Origin: Kiritimatiellia bacterium
GTDB lineage: Bacteria; Verrucomicrobiota; Kiritimatiellia; RFP12; UBA1067
Assembly (NCBI GenBank): GCA_034003585.1
Contig: JAVEYH010000006.1
Coordinates: 10,177-74,176, forward strand
Length of the DNA stretch: 64,000 nucleotides
Reading direction: 5' to 3'
Shown: positions 58,033 to 64,000 of the stretch, in pieces
How positions within the stretch are numbered: the stretch's first letter is position 1
How the letters are laid out: each line of letters starts with the position of its first letter
Translations under genes and position numbers: made by a program
Notes under the pieces: model-generated
Databases searched by the model: none
Told to the model about the DNA's origin: nothing
What the model saw: the letters and a program-made list of their open reading frames with translations, nothing else

Positions 58033-58035
58033 CTC

Positions 58036-58064
58036 AAAAAAAAACCGGTCCGCAAACGGGACCG
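58036..58064 (-). terminator. Attenuator terminator of the FMN riboswitch expression platform
   Basis: Minus strand ccggtcc-cgtttgc-ggaccgg followed by 8 T, between the aptamer and ribBA. Confidence 0.8.
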
Positions 58065-58084
58065 GGGCAAAAGCAACACAGCTT

Positions 58085-58227
58085 CACATCTTCTTTTATC
58101 CAGACTAGACTGTCGGCCACGGAATCGAACCGTGTCAGTGGCGCGCAGGAACAGCGTGCCAGTCGCGGGCTGTACCGCCGGTCAGGACTCTCCCGCATAC
58201 ACGGGATCACCTTGCCCCGAAGACGTT
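58085..58227 (-). ncRNA. FMN riboswitch (RFN element)
   Basis: Minus strand TCTTCGGGGCAAGGTGA...GACCGGCGGTACAGCCCGCGA...GATTCCGTGGCCGACAGTCTAGTCTGGATAAAAGAAGA directly upstream of the rib operon. Confidence 0.95.
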
Positions 58228-58490
58228 TGAAACGGTATGACTGTAGTCCTTTGTCTGGGATTTGGCAAGGCCCGAAGTCACCGGCCGGGGTATCGGGGAA
58301 AACGTTTTTTTGTGGAGAGCGGACTTGTCCCTTTTTTCAGCCTGAAGCAAAGTGAAACGGTTCCCGTTGCGTTGCGGCCGGCAATTCAGATTGGAAACGG
58401 GGGTTCTGGCGTTGCGTGTCCGAATGGATTGTGCTAAAAAGTTACCCATATTTCGGTTTCGGGTGTGGAGCGCGAACGCGGGAGGGTGAG

Positions 58491-61400
58491 ATGGTCAGAG
58501 GAACCAATTGGGTCGCGACGGTTTGTGTGGCAGGGCTTGTCGCGTCGGCGGGCCTGGCGGCCGACGGGGTGTTCAAGGCGCTGAGCAATTCGGTGATGTG
58601 GGCGGATGCGGCCCAATGGACAAACGGTGTTCCCGCTGAAGGGGCGGACGCGACGGCCTTGTTGCTGGATCCGGGGCTGAGTTCGTACACCGTGAATCTG
58701 ACGGAGGGGGATTCGCCGTGGCTTCTCGGCAAACTCGAACAGAACGCGGGAAACAAGACCGTGACTTTTCAGGGCGGGGAGTACCTGTTCAGGGGGGCGC
58801 CGGCCGTAATCAAAGGGAACAACGGCAACCGGTACGATTTCAGATCGCGCTTGATCGCGGAGTCCAATCTGCTGGTGTCTTCGGGCTCGTCCTATGTCAT
58901 GAACACCAACCGCTTCGATGCTCCGGTGTTTGTCCGGGCCTTGACGGCGCTGATGTTTCACCATCCCGGCCTGGAGAGCGTGCTCGCTGTGTTGCGGGGC
59001 ACGGGCTATGCCGGCTTCCGGCACACATCCCTGACTGACACCAATGATGTCGGAACCCTGACGGTGACCAATCCCGCCTCTTTCCTGGGCGGGACCTTCT
59101 ACGTGGGGAACGGCACGCTGCGCACGGTAAAAGCCCCGCCCGCCGAACTGACCGATCCGTCGGTCACGCCGGAACGGGTGGCCGCGCCGGTGCTGCACCT
59201 GGATGCCAGCCAAGGCGGTTCCTTCACCTTCACCAACGGGACGCAGGTGCTGGAGTGGCGCGATCTCTCGGGGAACGGGTATCATGCGCGCGCCGTCGAC
59301 ACCAACAATCCGCCGGTGCTGCTCGCGAAGGAATTGGGGACCCTGCCTGCCGTCTCGTTCGGCCGGCGCGGGTCGAACCAGCTTTTGAAATGGCCCGTCA
59401 CGCTGACGACCGCCCGGTCGGTTTTCTGGGTGATCGGCAGTCAGGATGGCGGCGGGTTCTTGCTGGGAGGCAACGCGAGCTATGATTTCCACCGCGGCGG
59501 GTTACTGGGCGTGAATCCCGACGACCCGCTCTGGTCGACGGGAAGCCCGCTGCAGAACAGCTATCTCAACGGTCAGGCGGTCAACGGCCGCACCACGGGG
59601 CTCTGCGGGGGGTATGACCTCGTCAGCGTCATCGAGAGCGCGGCGCGCAGCGCGGACGGGCTGGCGTTTGACCGCGGCTTTGCTGACCGCACCGGCGGGC
59701 AGCGGCTTGCCGAGCTGATCATTTACGACCGGACGCTCTCCGAAACCGAGCGTCGCCAGGTCGAGGCCTATCTCTACCGGAAATGGTTTGCGGACGGCAC
59801 CGACCTGAGTCAGCTCCACATGCTGAGCGATGCGGCGATCCGGACGGAGATCGGGTGCGGCGGGACAACGGGGGTCCGGCGCGTGAGCGGCCGCGGGAAT
59901 CTGGCCAAGGCGGGCGAAGGTGCGCTGCGCCTCCTGGAGCCGTGGTCCTATCCCGGAACGCTTGTGCTCAAGGAGGGTGCGGTCGTGCTCTCCAACGCGG
60001 TGCCGGACGCCGTGCCGGGCACGTTCGCCCAGACGCCGGTCTTCCGTCTGGACGCCTCCGCGTGGGCCTCCTCCATGGTTCTCACGAATGACCGTGTCTA
60101 CGCATGGCAGGATGCGGACGGCCGCGCGATCGTTGCGGCGCTGACCGATGCGACCGCCAAACCGCCGGTGCTCATGCGCAATGCGCTGAACGGTTTGCCG
60201 GTCGTCGATTTCGGTATGCTCGGATCCCAACAGTTTCTGGACTGGAGCGAGCGCCTCACGCAAATCGGCACGGTGATCTGGGTTTTGGGCGGCCACAGCG
60301 GCGGCGGGTTCCTGCTCAGTGACCGGGCGGAGTACTCAACCAATGTTGATTTCCACCGCGGCGGACTCCCCACCCGGATCGGAGTCGATTACAGCGTGGA
60401 GGCGGCCTTGTTCAATTCAAAAAACACCATGAACGTCTGGATCGACGGGGCGCCGGCCAACGCGCTGGCCACACCTCTCTCCGGCGGGTATCAGATCGTC
60501 ACGGCCCACCGGGTCGGCGGATTCTGCGCCGCCTGCCGTATCGGCCAGGACCGCGGTTTCACTTCGCGCAGCGGCGGCTTGCGTCTGGCGGAACTGCTGA
60601 TTTACAACCGCGTGCTGAGCGAGCGCGAACGGCTGGAGACCGAGGCCGCGTTGCGGGCCAAGTGGTTCGGCTCCGAACCGGTGGTGCAGGCGGTCGAGGC
60701 CGCCGGCGACGCCGCGCTCTGCGCGGAGGCCGATCTGACCCTCGGCACGCTGAGCGGCACGGGCACGTTGAGCCAGACCGGTCCCGGCCGGGTCACGCTC
60801 AAAGGACTTACCGGCTTTACCGGAACGCTGCGGACGGAGGCCGGCGCCTTCCGCCTGGTCTCGCGCGGCGCGGCGCCGGCGGCGCCGGTGGCCGGACCGG
60901 TTGTGTGGCTCGACGCCTCGCGCGAAGACACGCTGACGCTGGATCCGGCCTCCTCGCGCGTCACGCGCTGGGCCGCGGCGGATGACTCCGGGTATGCGGC
61001 GACGAACGTGCTGGAGCGCGCGCCGCTGCTGCTGCGGAATGCGCTGAACAGCCTTCCGGTTATCGACTGCGAAACGACATACAGTTCCCGCGGACTCCTT
61101 CTGGACCACGCGACCAACACGGTGCGGTCGGTGTTCATGGTGTTTGGCAGCCAGAACGGCGGCGGCTACCTGCTGGGCACGATGGACGGCCAGCGGCCGT
61201 TCGAACGCAACATCAACAGTGCGGGTTATCCGCTCTTCGGTGCCGACAACGCCGCAGGACGCGGTTTCGCCTGGATTGACGGACTGCCGGTGCAGCCGCG
61301 TCTCCGGGGGATGAACGGCGGCTATCAGCTCATCTCCTTCCTGACCGGCGAGGATGTGCGGGTCGATACGGTGGGCATCCGTCTCAACAACGGGGAAGGC

Positions 61401-62945
61401 GGCGGACAGCGCTATGCCGAGGTGATCCTCTATGACAAACCGCTGGCGGACGAGGATCGCATGGCGGTGGAAGCCTATCTTGCCGCCAAGTGGTTTGCCC
61501 GCGCGATTCACGGCTATACGGTGCCGGGGGTGCCCACCGTGCCGAGCCTCGGCATCACGGGCGCGACGGCCCTGTATCTCGACGCGGGCGCGACCAACAG
61601 CGTGGGCTGGATGACCGGTGAGGGGCGATTGGAAAAAACGGGGGCGGGAACGCTCGAACTGGCGGGCAGCACGGTGGGGTTCAACGGCACGTTGGATGTG
61701 CGTGAAGGCGTGTTGCGCTACACCGCCGGCACGCTGGGGCTCATTTTGCCGGTGACCAACGACCTGGCCGTCAATCTCGACGCCTCGTTGACCGGCAGTG
61801 TCGTCCTGAACGCGGAGGGCAAGGCCACAAACTGGTGGGACGCGTCGGGCAACGGGATGTGCGCCTATGCGCCGGGGGTCGCGCCGGACTATTACGCCGA
61901 CGCCGGGTTGGGCGGTCGGCGCACGCTGGACTTCGGCCCCTTCGGGTCGGGCGGCGGGTACATGCTCTTCAGCCGGCATCTGCCGGATGTGCGGTCGGTC
62001 TTCTGGGTGCTCGGCAGCCAGAACGGCGGCGGCTTCCTGCTGGGATGCACCAATATCGTTGACGATCAGCAGATTTCGGATTGGCATCGCGGATCGGTGC
62101 CCGCCGGGACGTCGCTGTTCCCGATCACCGACGCCAATCGGTTGTACGGGTATAACGCGCCGGGCCACGTGACCGGCGGCAAGACCTACATCGACGGCGT
62201 CCTGCTGCCCTCGCCGACCGCGCCGGAGGCCACCAACGTGCTGAACGGCGGGTACCAGTTGGTTGAGACGCACACCACGGCCGACGCGCGGGCCGACGGT
62301 CTGGCGTTCGACCGCGTCACCACCATCGGGGACCGGCGCGGCGGACAGCGGCTGGCCGAGATCCTGATTTACAACCGGTGCCTGACGGACGAGGAGCGTC
62401 TCGCGGTGGATGCGCATCTTCAATGGAAGTGGTTCGGGATCCAGCCGCGCCCGGATCTCCCGGTCATGCCGCCGGACGGCGCTTCGGCCGATACGGTGCG
62501 TGTGGCGGCCGGCGCGGCCTTCGAGCTGGGCGGGTTCACCCAGAACACCCGCGAATTGGCTGGCGGCGGGACGATCAGCGGCGGGACGGTGTCGGTCTCG
62601 GGCGCCGTCAATCTGGCAGATCCGGTGTCCGGCACGCTGACGGTCGACGGCGATCTCGTGATTCAGGACGGGGCCACCGTGATCGTGGGGAACGGCAGCA
62701 CCGTGGATGTGAACGGCACGCTGACGATCGGCGGCGCGGCCGTGATCGCTTGGCCGGAGGGCGTGACGCCGCCGGTCGGCCTCATCCCGCTCTTCACCTA
62801 TGACGCGATCGTCGGCGCCGGGAATCTTTCGCTCTGGCTGGTGAGCCCGTCCGACGGTTCGCGTTTCTCTGTCAGCGCGTTTGCAACGGGCGGAACGCTC
62901 TATGCGCGCGTGCAGCCGAAGGGCACCCTGCTGCTGCTGGACTGA
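58491..62945 (+). CDS. Large exported protein with four LamG/ConA-like repeats and autotransporter-associated beta-strand repeats
   Basis: Signal peptide; four units starting xLDAS and ending LxxKWF; linkers GNLAKAGEGALRL, GTLSQTGPGRVTL, GRLEKTGAGTLEL; GGAGG SD. Confidence 0.85.
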   Translation: MVRGTNWVATVCVAGLVASAGLAADGVFKALSNSVMWADAAQWTNGVPAEGADATALLLDPGLSSYTVNLTEGDSPWLLGKLEQNAGNKTVTFQGGEYLFRGAPAVIKGNNGNRYDFRSRLIAESNLLVSSGSSYVMNTNRFDAPVFVRALTALMFHHPGLESVLAVLRGTGYAGFRHTSLTDTNDVGTLTVTNPASFLGGTFYVGNGTLRTVKAPPAELTDPSVTPERVAAPVLHLDASQGGSFTFTNGTQVLEWRDLSGNGYHARAVDTNNPPVLLAKELGTLPAVSFGRRGSNQLLKWPVTLTTARSVFWVIGSQDGGGFLLGGNASYDFHRGGLLGVNPDDPLWSTGSPLQNSYLNGQAVNGRTTGLCGGYDLVSVIESAARSADGLAFDRGFADRTGGQRLAELIIYDRTLSETERRQVEAYLYRKWFADGTDLSQLHMLSDAAIRTEIGCGGTTGVRRVSGRGNLAKAGEGALRLLEPWSYPGTLVLKEGAVVLSNAVPDAVPGTFAQTPVFRLDASAWASSMVLTNDRVYAWQDADGRAIVAALTDATAKPPVLMRNALNGLPVVDFGMLGSQQFLDWSERLTQIGTVIWVLGGHSGGGFLLSDRAEYSTNVDFHRGGLPTRIGVDYSVEAALFNSKNTMNVWIDGAPANALATPLSGGYQIVTAHRVGGFCAACRIGQDRGFTSRSGGLRLAELLIYNRVLSERERLETEAALRAKWFGSEPVVQAVEAAGDAALCAEADLTLGTLSGTGTLSQTGPGRVTLKGLTGFTGTLRTEAGAFRLVSRGAAPAAPVAGPVVWLDASREDTLTLDPASSRVTRWAAADDSGYAATNVLERAPLLLRNALNSLPVIDCETTYSSRGLLLDHATNTVRSVFMVFGSQNGGGYLLGTMDGQRPFERNINSAGYPLFGADNAAGRGFAWIDGLPVQPRLRGMNGGYQLISFLTGEDVRVDTVGIRLNNGEGGGQRYAEVILYDKPLADEDRMAVEAYLAAKWFARAIHGYTVPGVPTVPSLGITGATALYLDAGATNSVGWMTGEGRLEKTGAGTLELAGSTVGFNGTLDVREGVLRYTAGTLGLILPVTNDLAVNLDASLTGSVVLNAEGKATNWWDASGNGMCAYAPGVAPDYYADAGLGGRRTLDFGPFGSGGGYMLFSRHLPDVRSVFWVLGSQNGGGFLLGCTNIVDDQQISDWHRGSVPAGTSLFPITDANRLYGYNAPGHVTGGKTYIDGVLLPSPTAPEATNVLNGGYQLVETHTTADARADGLAFDRVTTIGDRRGGQRLAEILIYNRCLTDEERLAVDAHLQWKWFGIQPRPDLPVMPPDGASADTVRVAAGAAFELGGFTQNTRELAGGGTISGGTVSVSGAVNLADPVSGTLTVDGDLVIQDGATVIVGNGSTVDVNGTLTIGGAAVIAWPEGVTPPVGLIPLFTYDAIVGAGNLSLWLVSPSDGSRFSVSAFATGGTLYARVQPKGTLLLLD

Positions 62946-63047
62946 CGCGGACCGGCGGAACCGCCGCCGCCCTTGCCCACGGCGCCCCACGGCCCGTTGC
63001 GGAGGCGGCACGGCGGTCGGGCCCGGAGCGTGCGCAGAGGCGGCGGT

Positions 63048-63076
63048 TTGCCCTGATGAAACAAGTGTGCTATGTT
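63048..63076 (+). promoter_or_regulatory. sigma70-type promoter for the E1-alpha gene
   Basis: TTGCCC-17 bp-TATGTT with a TG extended -10. Confidence 0.5.
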
Positions 63077-63115
63077 TTTCAAAAAGGTTTCGGGGGGAGG
63101 AGCAACAGGGGGAGC

Positions 63116-64000
63116 ATGGACACGCTTTCAATGTATGATCTGATGCTGCGGATCCGGTTTTTCGAGGAGGCGATCGAACGCCTGTTTCTGGAGGGCCGCA
63201 TCATGGGTACGGCGCACACCTGCATCGGGCAGGAGGCGGTGGCGGTGGGGGTCGCCGCCGCGCTGGAGCCGCGTGACGCCCTGACCACGACCCACCGCGG
63301 ACACGGGCATTTCCTGGCGCGCGGCGCGGACCCGGGGCGTGCTATGGCCGAACTCTTCGGCCGCGCCGCCGGGTATTCGCGCGGCCTCGGCGGCAGCCAG
63401 ATGATGATGGACGTGTCGCTGGGGTTCTACGGCGCGAACGGCATCACCGGCGGCAGCATCCCGTTCGCCACCGGGCTGGCGCTCGAAGCGCAATACCGGA
63501 AGACGGGACGGGTGACGGTCTGCTTTTTCGGTGACGGCGCCTCCAATCAGGGCGTGTTCCACGAGTCGCTGAACCTCGCGGCGCTGTGGAAGCTGCCGGT
63601 GCTGTATGTCGTGGAGAACAACGGCTACGCGATGTCGACCGCCACGGAACGCGGGTTGTCCGACCCGCGCGTGGCGGACCGCGCGGCGGCTTACGGCATG
63701 CCCGGCGAGCGGGTGGACGGAAACGACCCGCTGGCGGTGCGCGACACCGTGGCGCGCCATGCGGCGCAAGCGCGCGAAGGCGGGGGTCCGGCCCTGATCG
63801 AGTGCGTGACCTACCGGCTTTCGGGCCATTCGCGCGGGGATCCGCGCGTGTACCGCAGCCGCGAAGAGGAAGCCCAGGCATGGCGCCGCGATCCGATCCG
63901 GCTCTTCGAGGCGCGCCTGTGCGCGGAGGGGGCGCTCGACGAGGCGGCCATCGCCGCGCGGCGTGCCGCCGCGCTGCGCCGCATCGAGGCGGCGGTCGGC
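63116..64000 (+). CDS. TPP-dependent 2-oxoacid/acetoin dehydrogenase E1 alpha subunit (3' truncated)
   Basis: Manual translation MDTLSMYDLMLRIRFFEE...IGQEA...THRGHGH...GDGASNQG..HESLN..ENNGY..TYRLSGHS; GGAG SD; absent from the ORF track because it has no stop in the window. Confidence 0.92.
   Translation, partial: MDTLSMYDLMLRIRFFEEAIERLFLEGRIMGTAHTCIGQEAVAVGVAAALEPRDALTTTHRGHGHFLARGADPGRAMAELFGRAAGYSRGLGGSQMMMDVSLGFYGANGITGGSIPFATGLALEAQYRKTGRVTVCFFGDGASNQGVFHESLNLAALWKLPVLYVVENNGYAMSTATERGLSDPRVADRAAAYGMPGERVDGNDPLAVRDTVARHAAQAREGGGPALIECVTYRLSGHSRGDPRVYRSREEEAQAWRRDPIRLFEARLCAEGALDEAAIAARRAAALRRIEAAVG

Overview
GC-rich bacterial chromosome segment. Gene content suggests the PVC superphylum, probably Kiritimatiellia/Verrucomicrobiota (inference from the RpiB-GlyA fusion, the HTH-PtsN fusion and a LamG-repeat surface protein). 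Most of the window is housekeeping: pheT followed by a 6S RNA, hemL-panC-larE, argH, folD, valS, and an FMN-riboswitch-controlled ribBA-ribH-nusB-ribD-ribE-pfkB operon. It also holds envelope modules (two AsmA-like proteins, ExbB/ExbD-TPR-VWA, tandem-DUF4159 plus PA14/PKD/TPR, and a ~1480-aa protein with four LamG-like repeats) and a LarA-family epimerase-uxuB-gnd sugar-acid cluster. Two AT-richer islets interrupt it. (1) About 27.3-28.5 kb: a 68-codon ORF plus an SDH/ClpP-fold serine protease with their own promoter, inserted inside the sugar-acid cluster. (2) About 51.17-52.99 kb: a putative Type II restriction-modification pair after valS. The most striking signal is in islet 2. The methyltransferase carries an N-terminal winged-HTH-like domain, and its near-consensus, apparently leaderless sigma70 promoter (TTGACA-17-TAACCT) has two GACGTC palindromes filling the spacer, pointing to a built-in autoregulatory switch. 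No CRISPR array, tRNA, rRNA, transposase or integrase was seen.
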